Shown here piece by piece: positions 23,705-37,768 of a DNA stretch of 64,000 nucleotides. The translations under genes and the position numbers were made by a program. The notes under the pieces were generated by a model, which was given only the letters and a program-made list of their open reading frames with translations, was not told the origin of the DNA and did not search any database. How positions within the stretch are numbered: the stretch's first letter is position 1; every line of letters begins with the position of its first letter. The stretch is from Octopus vulgaris (lineage: Eukaryota). Where the stretch lies: assembly GCA_951406725.2 (NCBI GenBank), contig OX597821.1:71920001-71984000 (forward strand). Direction: 5' to 3'.

Positions 23705-26482
23705 TATTATTATTACTACCCACAGTATTGATATTCTATCCATGAACAAGTTACTTATAGATACCAAACTTCGCAACTAAAGACAAATAACGACTGCCAG
23801 TGAATTCTTTAGTCTTATAGTTGATTTGTTTATCTAATTATTTGTTATTTTCTTTCTACATGTCTTTCATTCTTATACAGAGCGATGCAAGCAACGAATA
23901 CCGCTTAGTCTGAGAGTTGGATAATAGTAGAACACCCAGGTGAGAGTTTTACGCCGTTCTCAGTAAAATCCTCTTCTCAAGAATGTCTTAATAAGAACAC
24001 CACGTACGTATCGGTAGAATGACGTGAATTGGGGATGTAATTGTAGAATACGTATGTGTGTGTGTGTGGTGTAGTGGGGAGGGAGAGAGTTGCATATATA
24101 TATATATATTATGGATTCATACTTAAAGAGTAAGAGGGCAGCTAAATGTCACTCATGTATAAATATAGGCGTGCGTATGTCTGTGTGCATATACGTTGTG
24201 GTATGTACATCTGTGTGTGTGTCTGTATGAAATGCGTTGGCATGCACGAGCCGAAGTGTATGTTTTGTGTGTGAATTCTATTTCCATATGTGTTGTTATG
24301 ATACACTTTAAGACAGGCAAGAACTCTGCCGAATTCGCCCAGCATTCTTAATGTTGAAAATATGGCAGCCGTAATTGTACAGAGATGTTAGACTGAATGT
24401 CAAAGGCGATGCACTTTCATTGTATAACCGCAATGCATTCTACGCATGCAAGTGGTATATACCACCCAGTTGTTTCCGCTTTGCAGTTGGTAACAATAAA
24501 AGTTTATTTCGAGCCGACGAGGAAGCCTCTGTAAGATTGTTTGAGCGGTTAAAAATAGAAACCAAATTTCCCACCTGTTAGTTTATGAAGACATAGATGC
24601 ACTGTGTCTGGGAAACCGATGGGGTGGGCAAGGTGTAACGTCTTTGACACTGTTGTTTTGAATAACTGCTTATGATAAATAAAATGAAATATACTTAAGA
24701 AAAAGCATTCTGTGTATCATATCTAAAGCATATGCATCGTTAAACGCCTTCAAAACTGAGGAATGTCTCGAGAAAAGCGTCTCTTATAGGCGTACGGTGT
24801 TAAAAACGCAGAAATATATGTGTAGCTCATGAAAGTCATCCAGCTGTGGTGGTGGCATTGCTAAATACGTATTTCTGCTCCTTTGAGCTTCGGTAGGAGC
24901 AAGTATCCACTGGCATCCGCATGCCAAAAGAAAAACAACTACTACTGACCGAGTGAAATAGTGATTGAAAAATCACCGATGTCACAGTTAACTGCAGGGC
25001 TGAATAAAAATTCGTTATGAGCAACAGAAGCAGTAATAGACATTTTTTGTCTCGCCATAAAAATATAGTGGGAACAAGGCGCAGAATCTTTGTTTGCTAA
25101 AAGTTGAAGAATCGGCTCATATGTGTTGTATTTCGCAAATATTATCAAGGTTTCTTACCTCAGTTACCAACCACCGAAGACAATCAACATTTAAAAGTTA
25201 TAATTATTTTTATTTTCATGGGAGAATGCGATTGCTTAAGTTTGTAAACTTATCGATTTGTAATCAAGTTTAATTATTGATTTCCATTGAGTGTGAAGAC
25301 GGTCATTTTAAATCAACTCTAGCACGACTGGTCTTATCCATTATGTATTTTAAGCATTTCATTATTAATGTATTTAGAAAACTGGACGATTATGGACTTT
25401 TCAAAACTAAGACTAGAGTTATTAATCATTTGAGCTGAAATAGAATGACGGCTGTCAGTATCGGAACAAATGATTCAATATATTGAAAGAAAATATAAAA
25501 TAAGGCAATGTCATAGCAAAGTCATCGGTTTCGCATGCGACACATTCCAATGATCTTGAAGACGTGAGACGTTTCAGCTGTCTTATCCAGAGAGAGAAGA
25601 TACAAGTTAAAATCGAAAACTCAGCGAGAAATAAAAAATGAAAATCAAATATAGATTTACAAGAACGTATCCATATTCTCCAGGGGAACTACATTTTTAG
25701 GGACTAGCAAAACGGCTTGCTTGGAGAAGTACTAACAATGGAAAACATACGGGAGAAAAGGTGCAACATGTCGTCCGTTTTACAGCAAACCGGATAATCA
25801 CAATAATATAAGTCCTACCCTACTCCAGCTTACTGGATTCACAAGTATTCGATCTTAAATCATTCATCTCGCTATCATAAGCACCACTGAAACTGTGTAG
25901 CCATGTAGGTCTGATTTGCTATAGAAACAAACTGGTGCCTGCTTCACCCCTTTTCATCACATCATCATTCTTCAGCCATATCTTATTGTTTTCTCATCCA
26001 AATGGGGTTTTTTTCCCACAAAACAACTGTGAAGTTAGGGGTCCCCAACGTGGTCGCTCTTCTAGTTAAACATAACAGCTAGATCTCTCTCAAATAACAT
26101 ACACAGGACATTAATCGCGTGTAGACTTGGATACCCCTAAAAGTACGGCTTGGTCGTAGCTTTGATGGTTTTGTCCAAAGATTTTCTCCTTGAAGGTTGA
26201 CCTTAGGTTACGCAATAACAACAACAAAACCCCAAATATGTTGTTTTAATAGCAAACACCTAACATCCCCTCATACCACACACTATTAATAGGAGTATGT
26301 GGCATGCGATTAAGTAAAAAGGATCAACAAGTTAATTAGGACAAGTGGCCATGGGAAACAAAGTAGCGTTTGATAATTTCTGTGGAGCGGAAATGAACAG
26401 TTGGCAAGTGTTTACTTCTAAAGAAATGAAAGGTATGAGGAAGGATAATCATAATACATGTATAGATATGTGTGTGTATGTG

Positions 26483-26574
<92 letters not shown>

Positions 26575-27209
26575 TGTATATATATATATGTGTGTGTGTG
26601 TATACATGTATATATTTGTGTGTGTGTGTGTATGTATGTATATGAAAGTATATATGCATCCATGCATGTATGTGCATAAATATAATAAATATATATGTAG
26701 TTATGCGTGTGTATAGTGTATATTTGTACATGTGCACACATACATGTATATGTATATATATACATATATATATGTATGTATATATATACACATACATGTG
26801 TGTGTGTGTGTGTTCGTGTGTGTACGTGTGTGTGCATGTTAAAGAAGGAATGATATCGTGATGAATTTATGAATGTCAAGGCTTACCAGATTATGTAAGG
26901 CGCCTCAGTGTATGTAGAATATTTCTTTCGCAAGAATACACGAGAAAAAAATCTCTTGGTATTTATTATTAGATAAAGAGAGGAAGAGAATGTGATCTTA
27001 GTCAAGACTACATCCAATTGGTAAGAGGTACACGCTTCACACATTTTCGTTACGTGGAATTTTCGAAATTTTTTTAAAATCTGTTCTAAATCTATAATGA
27101 AGTTTGTCATAGCACCATATGGCCCACTTGCATTCATCTGTTTGTTGAGCACATTCCTGATCATGCTTCGGATGAAACTATTTACATTATGCGATATTTA
27201 ACATTTATG

Positions 27210-27423
27210 TTTCGTTTTTGGATTTGGTATGCAAGATTCTTTATATGAGTTCGTGTGTTGAAGCGTATTCTGACTCAAGAGAGTCAAGACTATTGAAAAG
27301 GTTGCAAGACGCAACGAAAATTTTAGGAGAATAAAAATATGAAATAAGCGGAAATTTTACCGGTGAGTGTGTTACATTGTAAGGCACAAAAAGAAAATGA
27401 CTCTCCCCAGACACAACAGAATA
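27210..27423. mobile_element. Penelope-type pLTR with internal inversion; hammerhead at 27290-27326 (+)
   Basis: 27210-27272 is colinear with 3070-3131 and 27279-27423 is the reverse complement of 3125-3267. Confidence 0.75.
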
Positions 27424-27764
27424 ACATTTATGTCTAATATCAAAAATGTTAATGTGTTCTTCCCCGGTATAGTTAAAACAATAACTACACACACATATAA
27501 GCATCTTGAGCATTTTGTGACGTTAACATTTTATTTATAAACCCAATAGATATGGCATTTTATGCATTACAATAGGGTTATCAAACACAAAAACCGTGGG
27601 CTGGATCCTGTCTGCAGCAGTGTTTATTCCGGCTCCGGTTCAATTCTATAAAATTATGACATTATTTTTTACTTTAAAATATTCCCTAAAATATATATCG
27701 CTTACTTGTTTTCAGAGTTAGGGTCCCACTAGATGAAAAAGAAGCTTATGAATCCATATACAAG

Positions 27765-27950
27765 AAGTGCCATATCGCGATTCACCTACCGCGGTTCACC
27801 TATCGCGGTTTATTATTTAAGCTCGCGTCGATTCCTTCGATGTGTTGGTTGGCATTTATAACAAAATAGATATATACAAATTATAAAATATATATACAGT
27901 TCAGTACTGTCTCTACTTCGCTGATTTTCACTTATCGCGGGGTGGTTTTC
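27765..27950. mobile_element. Tigger/pogo-like MITE remnant
   Basis: Repeated atcgcggttcacct motif and opposite-end ttttcacttatcgcggg, resembling pogo-family subterminal repeats. Confidence 0.4.
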
Positions 27951-28373
27951 AAATTTACGTGCGTGTTCATCCGAATTGATTCTAATATGAGCGAAATTGA
28001 AAGATTTTAGCTGAAATAATGTAATTTTCCTACCAGAAATTGGTTTCCTCGACAACTGATGACATTCATGCGGACAGTTTCTGTCTCTCTTCTCACATTA
28101 AAGACTCTTACTTAACACGAATGTTTATATATCGTGTGGACATGTTTTTCCCATGTATCTCTGCACACAAACTTTTACCAAAGCCACATGTCCTTCCTTT
28201 CTTCATTTGTTAATAAATATTGCATCCACCCCACTCCTTGTCCGTTTACTTCGGCCTTTGATAATAATGATCTCAATCCGACCTGTCAGGTTTAGTTTAT
28301 GTTTCAATCCGAACTGCAAGGCTAGACGAATGTAGATCTCAGGCATTACATGGTACATTCACACACACACACA

Positions 28374-28462
<89 letters not shown>

Positions 28463-28634
28463 AGTTAATCAAATATATCTTTTGACAATAAAGTGTAATG
28501 GATTTCTGGTAAGTGCTCTTGACATGGTAAATGTCTAAAACCTTGAAAGTATTTAGAGATTCAATTAGAGCGAATATATATTAGAAAGTAAAAGCAGGAA
28601 GAATTACATTAAAAAATCACAGAAGATATTATAT

Positions 28635-29137
28635 GTCCATAATATAAATAATATCATGTTAATAAATAAATATATAAAGTATAACTATGATCATTTAAAA
28701 AGATTTGCGAGATCTTACGACCGTTTCATGAATATATTATTTCGAAATGAAATCCAAAGCTGGTAACCATTATTAGCAAGGATATCCACTCGCCAGAGAA
28801 AAGGATGAATTTCAGTGTAGTTAATCGAATGAAAGATATGCTATTTAAAATCGTACGATAAAGGTGTTGTTTAAAACGTTATTGGTATAGATGTGTATTG
28901 ATATAAATCTGGGCTACAATTTTTGAAAAAATAATATAGATCCATGGTAAAATCCTTTGTAATAATCCGTAATGGCTGTGTGTAGACATAAGTCCCATAA
29001 TTCCTTTTCTCTTCAGTATGCAATCCTTAAGTGCAAAAGCATGAAACGATCGTAAGATCTCTCAAATCTTTTCAAACAATCATAGTTATCCTTTATATAT
29101 ATATATTTATTAATACATTATTGTTTATATTATGGAC
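28635..29137. mobile_element. Inverted pLTR-like pair with degenerate hammerhead motifs
   Basis: 28635-28730 and 29040-29137 are reverse complements; minus strand reads CTGGCGA-GTGGATAT...ATATTCAT-GAA-ACGGT-C. Confidence 0.6.
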
Positions 29138-29143
29138 GTATTA

Positions 29144-29315
29144 TGGCGTAAGAGTGGCTGTGGAGTAGGTATCTTGCTTACCAACCACATGGTTCCGGGT
29201 TCAGTCCCACTGCGTGGAACCTTGGGCAGGGTCTTCTACTATAGCCTCGGGCCGACCAAAGCCTTATGAGTGGATTTGGTAGACGGAAACTGAAAGAAAG
29301 CCCGTTGTATATATG

Positions 29316-29359
<44 letters not shown>

Positions 29360-29555
29360 TCACCCCAACTTCGCTTGACCTGATGTTGATGTGTTTACAT
29401 CCCCGTAACTTAGCGGTTCGGCAAAAAAAACCCGATAGAATAAGTACTAGGCTTACAAAGAATAAGTCTTGGGGTCGATTTGCTCGATTAAAAGGCGGTG
29501 CTCTAGCATAACCACAGTCAAATGACTGAAACAAGTAAAAGAGTAAAGAGTAAAG
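29144..29555 (+). mobile_element. SINE family A
   Basis: Near-consensus full copy. Confidence 0.92.
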
Positions 29556-29616
29556 AGAGAGTATCTCTTCTGTGATTTTTATGATATAATTTTTCCTACT
29601 TTTACTCTCTAATATA

Positions 29617-29648
<32 letters not shown>

Positions 29649-29662
29649 CATACACACACACA

Positions 29663-29742
<80 letters not shown>

Positions 29743-30519
29743 GAGAGGGAGAGAGAGACCTCGTAGCTATACATATCTTGTTGTTGTAATAATATCCCTG
29801 CGATCAACTGTGATCCAGCAACCAATGACCATGACATCCAATGATCTTAAAGCCTCAATCATTTCGCCAGACAGACTCAACCAAGGACTACAACATCTAA
29901 TTTGTCCTTTTATAAACAAAAAACGTGTAGGATAGTATTATGCATCATTTGGGAAGGTTCTGACATGTGATGATACGATTAAATGAAACTGAGAAAAACA
30001 GAAAGATTGATAGAAAGAAAAGTTTCGGGGAGTGGGTCTCTATCAACACGAGTGACAAAAATATGAGAAAGGAAGGAAAGAATTTATAAAGAAAATAGAC
30101 GGAACAATATGGGAAGGAGTAAAATAGTCAAAATGGGACAGAAAAATATATCATTTGGAATGAGGAAAAATATAAACATGTATTTGGAAAGTGTTACGTA
30201 GAAGGAAATTTTTTAAATATGAATAAAGAAAAATGGAAGAATAAAGAAATGGTGTCGGTGAATATGAAGTTGAAAGCAGAAATATAAAGGAATTGAAAAG
30301 TGGAATGAAGCAAATAGACGAACAAGTTAAAAATAGCGGAAGAAGAAAAATGAAATTTACAAGGAAAATAGGCAGCATCGCTACAGCCTCTGGCAGAAAC
30401 CGATAGTTGAATAATAAGATTGAATCTGTAAATGATGAAGATAACGACAAAGAAAAAAGCATTAATAGAGAAAAAATGAAAGTTTAAAAACAGGAGAGAG
30501 GCGAGATAATTTAACGGTT

Positions 30520-30730
30520 TCAAATTTCTGGCAGTCGGTCAGCAAATTTGGTTAGTTGATTCCATGGATTGCATAGCTTCTCGGGCACTTAATTTATGGT
30601 CCCTGAAAGGAGAAAAGGCAATGCCAACCTCGTTGGAATTTGGACTCAGAACGTAAAGAACCGGAAGAAATTTTGAAGAACAATTTGTTCAAAACGCCAA
30701 ACGGTTCTGCTAGTTCTCGCCGCCTTCGAA
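30520..30730 (-). mobile_element. SINE family B, diverged
   Basis: ggaatttggactcagaacgtaaag...aacggttctgctag...cgcc. Confidence 0.7.
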
Positions 30731-31115
30731 AGGTAAAATATAATAATGAAAATCAGCGGAGGGAATCGGGCGATAAACGATGAGCGGTATTAACCCCGCA
30801 AAAGGTCGATTATTGAATGTTGTTATGGTTGGTTCCTATCTCTTGCTGAAATATCTGATTCTCGCAGTCAAATGGGAAATTCCCAGTTATGGGTCTTTCG
30901 TTTTTGTCATGGTAGGAATGTCTTCCCAAAATATCTTGCTGTTTCTTTTTTCTTCTATAAATGGTGATTTCCAAATTCGTCACAGAACTTCAAATTTGTA
31001 GAGAATTTTGTAGTCGATCGACTCCAGCATATTACTGGTATTCGTTTCATTTACCTCCATGAGAGGAATAAGAGGCAGACTGAAATATGACGAAATTTAA
31101 AGAAATCACTAGAAT

Positions 31116-31536
31116 AGGTCCAGGTATGGCTGTGTGGTTAAGAAGTTCGCATTGCAAATATGTGGTTTCAGGTTCGTTCCCAAAGTACGGAACCTTGGAC
31201 AAGTGTCTTCTACTATATCCCTGGGCCGACCAATGCCTTCTCAGAGAATTTGATAGACCGAAACTGTGCGGAAGCTTGTCATGTACACACAAACGCGCGT
31301 ATGTGTCTTCTTTTGTTAGTCTTTGTCGCACACACTCCGCCACCGCACAACAACCAGTGTTGGTTTGATTGCGTCCTCGTAACTTAACAGTTCGATAAAA
31401 GTGACCGATAGAATAACGTACAAGACTTAGGAATAAACATAAGTACTGGAGTCGATTTGTTCGGCTAAAACCCTTCAAGGCGATGCTCCAGTATGGCTAC
31501 AGTACAGTGACTGAAATAAGTGAAAGATAAAAGATA
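31116..31536 (+). mobile_element. SINE family A, diverged
   Basis: Head, core and tail recognisable. Confidence 0.85.
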
Positions 31537-31540
31537 CTAA

Positions 31541-32452
31541 TACGAGGGAGGGAACCCAAAAGAACCCGGAATTTTGCAATATTATTTTATTCACTTAGTT
31601 TTACATGTTCGCACTTTTATCGCCTTCAAAGTATTCTCCAGCAATGACATCGCTTTAGACGCGTTTCTCCGCTGTTCGAAGCAGGACTGAAATTCTTGCA
31701 AAGTGATGCCTTCAACCGTCTCCGTCATCTTTTTCTTCACCTCTTTCATATCTGAAAATTCCATAGCACCAGCTTCCGTCACCAGTGATGACCTTCGAAA
31801 ATAAAAAGGTCCGGATCAACCTCCAACTGTTCTTTCGGTTCACGACACGCATTCAGTCCTCAGTGCTTTTCATCTTCCGTGAGCAAACGAAGCACAAATT
31901 TTGCTGCAACTCTTTTCAATCACAATTCCTCGTTCAAAATTCGTTTCCAGCAATTCTAGGACACACCAGTCATATCAACGAGTTCCTTAATTGTTCGGTG
32001 ATGGTCGTCCAAAATCAGTTCATGAATTCTCATGATGTTTTCATTCGTTCGGGAAGTCGAAGGTCGTACTGAAAGACGTTGGTCTCCAGGCGACAAGTGA
32101 CCATTCCTAAAGCGTATAAACCACTCGTAAGCTTGTGTTTTGCTCATAGCGACGTCCTTGTAAGCTGTTTGATGCTTGACAACTGTTTCGACAGCCTTTT
32201 TCCCCAGCAGGAAACATAATTTCGCGGAAGCACTTTGTTCGTTCGTTTCAGCCATCGCAAACATCGGCGAACAGGGGAGAAACACTGCAAAACAAAAACG
32301 CATTACGTGGCAGTACGACCACACTCGACGACTCCGGTAGGCTGACTGATGCCTGAGGATCGCATCAAGTGGCTTCTAGCAGTGGAATTCTGAACTACAA
32401 CGTGCTTGTCATACAGAGAACGTTTCCGGTTACTTTTGGTTACCCCCTCGTA
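31541..32452 (-). mobile_element. mariner element with both TIRs, internally deleted transposase
   Basis: TIRs TACGAGGGAGGGAACCCAAAAGAACCCGGAA and TACGAGGGGGTAACCAAAAGTAACCGGAA with TA ends; ORF EQSASAKLCFLLGK...YEWFIRFRNG; TGDGSWCYG joined directly to C-terminal FSDMKEVKK. Confidence 0.92.
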
Positions 32453-35289
32453 TAGACCCTGGATCTTATCAAAAGAATTCACTGTTAGGAATGGTTTAAG
32501 AAAAGAAAATGGCAAAAAACTGAAAACGCATCGGATTAAATGCTTCAAATTATTTAGTGTCTATGGCTTATGTTTAACTGCTTGGCAGCATTGTCTTTAA
32601 TCTCCTTGGAAGGAATCAATAATCTGTCGCTGGCATATATCCATGTCTCTGGCATATATCCTAACCTCGATTTCAATGATTATATCCTTGCCCTACCAAT
32701 TTACAGCATTGTAAGGAATAAATATTGTTCATCTAATGATAAGTTCTTACCCAATTAGTTTTATAATCCGATCCCACCCACCCAAATGAAGCTATTTCGC
32801 GAACTTTGTGAACACCCTTTTGATTTGAACTCTGGTAGGCAGACTGATGCCTGAGGATCGCATCAAGTGGTTTTTGAACTCTGAGTATCGGGAGCTTAAA
32901 GTAAACCACGAAATGTCTTCCCTTCTTGTTGTTATCTTAAATATTGAGGAGACGTAGGGTGTTGCGATATATTTAATTTTTATCACCGAGAACACGCGTG
33001 AATATCAGAAATTTCCAGGAGTTTTGAAAATATTCCCGAAGTATTTTAAAGAGTGATCAATGCAAATGTATCCTCGCAGACATAAATCAGTCGAAAGTTA
33101 AAACACAAATTGGAACAACAATTGAGAATAGAGTTAGAGTAGAGTAATGTGTGCGGAAGTTTAAATCATGCATAAAAATATGCGTCGAAGTTTGTAATAT
33201 TTTTTGTAGAAATTAGACAGTCCGGGGCTTTAGGTTTCGAAAATCTATCTTCAAGCATCCGTGGACATACATTTTTTATAAGAGTATTCTGGAAATAAAC
33301 TAACGTTCTGTGGACAGCTTTAACCAATTTATTCCATCTGTAAAGAAAAAGAACTGCATATTCAGTTTATTTAAGTCTGATGTATCCAGGAATTAAGATA
33401 GATCTTTAATGCTGTATGGTCAGCGGTCAAATGAAAGTCAGGGAAACTTAACAGAAACGTGTCTGAAATTTTCGGAGATTGGTACCTTAGTTACCACAGA
33501 TTTCTATTGAGAAAGAACCACCATGATTTTATGGGACGTGGTCTAATCAGGGGTACTTCTAAGACGAATCTGGATTTCTTGTTAAAACTTAGTGGCGTGC
33601 TAAAGAAATTTGGTATGTATCTGGGATTTTGAGAAAGGGAATTAGCCAGTAAAATGGCAACAAAACACGCCTTGTTTTCTTTTTGGCCCTGTTTTTAGGT
33701 TAGGATTTGCGAAAGGTGAAAATAAAGTTAATGATAATATTTGAAGCTGGTATGGTCATCACCGCGAACTAATCTGTTATGGCCATCATCCATCAATGAA
33801 CTAATTGTAAAAGCAGTGTCACCTTTACTGTGGTTGAGTGGGTGTTGTTGTAGTCGTCGGTAGTGGTCGTTCTCTGTGCTATTGTAGTCAAAGTACGCAA
33901 TGACCTCTGTGAAAATATTTGTAAAAGTAAGCGATCAAAGTAGAAAAGTACAAAATCAAAAGAAAATGGTCGACAGACGTTAATAAACAAATAATAATTC
34001 AAAAAAGGAAACTGAAATAGAAAACAGAAAAATGAAGAATGACAAATAGGAAGTAGTTGAAAAAAAGGGGGTGGGATTAATGTGTGGGGATATACCGGAA
34101 AGAATCGTAAAAACAAGGGGAAAAAACAACCGAAAAAAGCAACTGAATCTGCACTACATATGTCAGGCATTTTTCATCCTTTTTTTATTTCAAGATTCAT
34201 GAAGGTAAAATCAGGCTGGGTGGGAATTAAACTTCGAAGATAGAGGAACGACACGAAATACCAGAAAACAATTTATCAGGTTCCTCGTCTTTCTGTAAAG
34301 TACTAAGTAATCCTTCACTCTTCTCCTAAATCACTTTTGCACACATTTAATATATATTATAGATATCTGAGATGCGGGTAGGTTTGTGGGTCAAATATAA
34401 AGTTAATGATTGTAGGGGGAGGGTACTGTAGAATGGTAAATAAGATTTTGTTGAGAATGAAGCTTTGATCCAGTTTCAAATCTGTGGTTGAACCATTTCG
34501 CTTTAGTTACGTTCCCCTTCGTTATTCCGAAAGAGAATAGTTTCCACTTGGTTTATGAAGACGATAGTTTCCACTTTGTTTATAAAGACGAGAGTTTCAT
34601 GGTGAAATCTCTTGGTTACCATGGTCACCGACCCTCTTTCAAATACTGTATCACCCCCTTCACATCATTGTTGTTTTCAATAACGAATATTACAGGGATA
34701 CAGATTGGTTGTTATTGTTCTTCTTGTTTAACCCGAGTTAACTGTGGATCAGGGAGATCATCAAAGGCATTCCAGTCGTGACTGCCCCGTCTATTATTCA
34801 TTTTCTTGTATTACCCAATATCTTACTATTTTGTCGGTTCCATAGCATTGCACAACATGCTGCTTACCCTCAAAATTTGACTCAATGGCTTTTTTTGTGG
34901 AGTAAGAGAAACACCGGTACGTTTTTTATGTAAGTCATGAATATGTCGACTGACCACTCAGCTCAGGTCCACTGACCACTCGCTGTTCAGTCGAGTAGCT
35001 TCTTGGTGGTCGAAGACTTCCATCTCTTATGTTGGAACAAGACTACAAATTACTGAACTGGATCAGAGTTGACTGGACCGATGTCTTTACGCGACTGGAA
35101 CTCGGGTTATCTAAACCGCTGTGCTGAAAGGGGTAAAACCGACTTTGGTGGGGTACGAACTCGGGAACTAAAGAAAGTAGTGACGTCACTAAATACACCA
35201 AATTACTTTTTAAAAATAAAAATAAATTTTCAATCAAAACAAATTATCATAGCTTTGAGTCATAAATATTCTTTTCTTTTCTACAATTT

Positions 35290-35465
35290 GGGGGAGGGAG
35301 CCAGTCGATTAGATCGACCCCAGTACGGAACTGGTACTTAATTTATCGAACCCCGAAAGGATGAAAGGCAAAGTCGACCTCAGCGGAATTTGAACTCAGA
35401 ACGTAAAGACTGACGAAATACCAATTTGTTTATTGCCCACAGGGGGCCAAACACAGAAATGGACA
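35290..35465 (-). mobile_element. SINE family B, partial
   Basis: gaaaggatgaaaggcaaagtcgacctcagcggaatttgaactcagaacg. Confidence 0.85.
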
Positions 35466-35655
35466 AAACAACGTCATGATTTTACATAAAATAGGAAAAT
35501 AAAATTTATATAAAATATTTTTTAAAAATCGAATGAAATTAACAATACAGAGACAACACAAATGTAGCGATGATCAGGCCACGCTCCGACCCCACAAGGC
35601 CCGATCTATCGCTGGCATCTTTTTTTTTTTTTGGTTCTTCTTCTATAGCCTACTA

Positions 35656-35790
35656 GCTAGGTCATTTTATCGATCTCGTTTGCCGAACTGCTATGTCATT
35701 TTATCGATCTCGTTTGGAGAACCGCTAAGTCGATCATGTTTGTCATTTTATCGATCTCTTTTAGCGAAATGCTAAGTCATTTTATCGACC
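35656..35790. repeat. About 34-bp minisatellite (3-4 units) derived from SINE sequence
   Basis: gtcattttatcgatctcgtttgccgaactgcta repeated; resembles the family A segment ctatcggtctcttttgccgaac.gctaag. Confidence 0.8.
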
Positions 35791-35799
35791 TAAAGAAGA

Positions 35800-37375
35800 A
35801 TTAGATTTTTATATTATATTTTCTGTAATGAACTGGAATACCTATGTTTCGAATTTCATCAAAATTGCAGATGAGTGTTATTTCCCTCTTTACACACCCA
35901 AACAAAATTGTAATCGTGCCACATGTATCCCATACTACTGATTTTTATGCGCATATTCCAAATTTCCAGTCTTATAGAACCTGTTAAATGGATTTTGCTC
36001 CTGAAAAATGAAGGTCATGGAGCTCTAAAATGTGAGAGTTAAGGCCCCTGTTGGGGGTGGGCATCTTAATGCCAACCAGAGAAGTTGAATTGTTGAGAAT
36101 CTTTTTAACTTGGGTCTTATATTTATTGTTTGAATTTCTTTGAAATAGGAGGAAACCAAAAGACGAATGATCACAATAAGCAGTCAGCCACAGTACCCTA
36201 GTCGTTACCAGTCCCAATGTAGTATTCCTCACCATCCAGGTGACATTACGAATCTATAGCAATTGGAAGGGCGTGACCCAACTGAAATAAACATTAACAA
36301 CTGTGTGACGTGAGGGCTAAGGAGAAATGAAAGTTGGAGTTTGCAAATGACCACTATACTGATACGTAACTGGACAGAATAAATATACAATCTATAAATG
36401 TCTCTGAATAACCAGTAACTCAACTGGGAAAGCCTTGAAATCAATGTCACCGTGTGGGGACTATGTGTGACCCAATGATAATAAAAGACTGAAAGGAGAT
36501 CTGCAATCAAATAACTTTACTCAACACTTTACAACTGAATCAGTGGAGGCAAAGATGCCTCTCATTTACTTGACAATTTATGCACCACATTGCAGAAATC
36601 ACAATCTAAGTGTATGTCAAAGCAAACTCTTACACTCTTGTACCATTGAATTACAAATAATGCTCATCTTCTATGCTCGGATGACCCCACAGCTTCCAAG
36701 AGTACAACTATTCGTCTTTGCTTAGATAAAATGACAAAATTGTGGGTGTTAAGTCCCCATGAAGGGGTTTTTCTAGCTTGTATGAAAATGAAATTTTATA
36801 AATATTACTTCATTTGCATCTAATATCTATGGTTACAATTTCATCAACAGCAAAAATATATGAATTGTCATGGGGGTTGTGGCCCTTATGCATAGAATAT
36901 AATTTCCAAATTTCGTAAAGATCCATCCAGTACTTTTGACTTAGTCATGGATCATAAAATAAATAACTAAAATTTGGGAGTTATAAGGCCCCCATTAGGG
37001 TGTCTTAGAATCCTCATGTGAAGTGGAAACTTTCATAACACTTCTTGATGTGTGTCAATTACCCATGGTTGAAATTTCATCAACATCGAAAATTTATGAA
37101 TTTTCATGGGGGGTTCTTCCCCCTTTAAGCCATCTGAAATTCAAACCAAACATATTGCATTATACCCGCCCTTATGCATTGAATCTAAGTTTCAAATATC
37201 ATAAGGATCCATTCAGTAATTTTGGTCCATGAAATTGAATGAAACACACAGCATTACGCGTCACCCTACGCTTCGATTTTCTGTTCCAAATTTCATTATG
37301 ATCGGTGCAGCAGTTTTCGAATGTATAAGTAATACACGAACACATAAATACATTATCTTTGATATAATAAATATG
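35800..37375 (-). mobile_element. Helitron/Helentron (DINE-like) non-autonomous remnant
   Basis: Recurring aaatttcatcaa/ccaaatttca..gatc motif (about 35850, 35960, 36835, 36905, 37070, 37195, 37287), ending in tttgatatataaat. Confidence 0.45.
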
Positions 37376-37464
37376 AATGTACACATATACATACATGTAT
37401 ATATATATGCGTGTGTGTGTGCGCGCGCGCGCGTGTGTGTATTATATATATATATACACATACA

Positions 37465-37732
37465 CAAAGATAAATTGATACATACAAGTGAGTGGGCAAA
37501 CAAAAATATGAGACACAGCCTAGTGCTTTTTTATATTGATAAGCTTGGTTCTTATTCTATTAGTTTCTTCTTGTGAAACCAGTAAGTTATGGGGATGTAA
37601 ATAAACGAACAGCAGTTGTGAAGCAGTGATGAGTGTGAAACACACATAGACTTAAATATATACATACATATATATATATACGACTGATTTCTTAAAGTTT
37701 CTGCCTACGAAATCCATATATATATAAATATA

Positions 37733-37768
<36 letters not shown>

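Noticed and set aside
25520-25585. Hammerhead-like gtc-TTCAAGA...GAAACCGAT-gac (minus)
   Set aside because: Too many core mismatches to distinguish from chance
30130-30520. Coiled-coil LINE ORF1-like fragment (+)
   Set aside because: A-rich with many stops and no diagnostic motif
33220-33262. TTGAAGA...GAAACCTA (minus)
   Set aside because: No stem II
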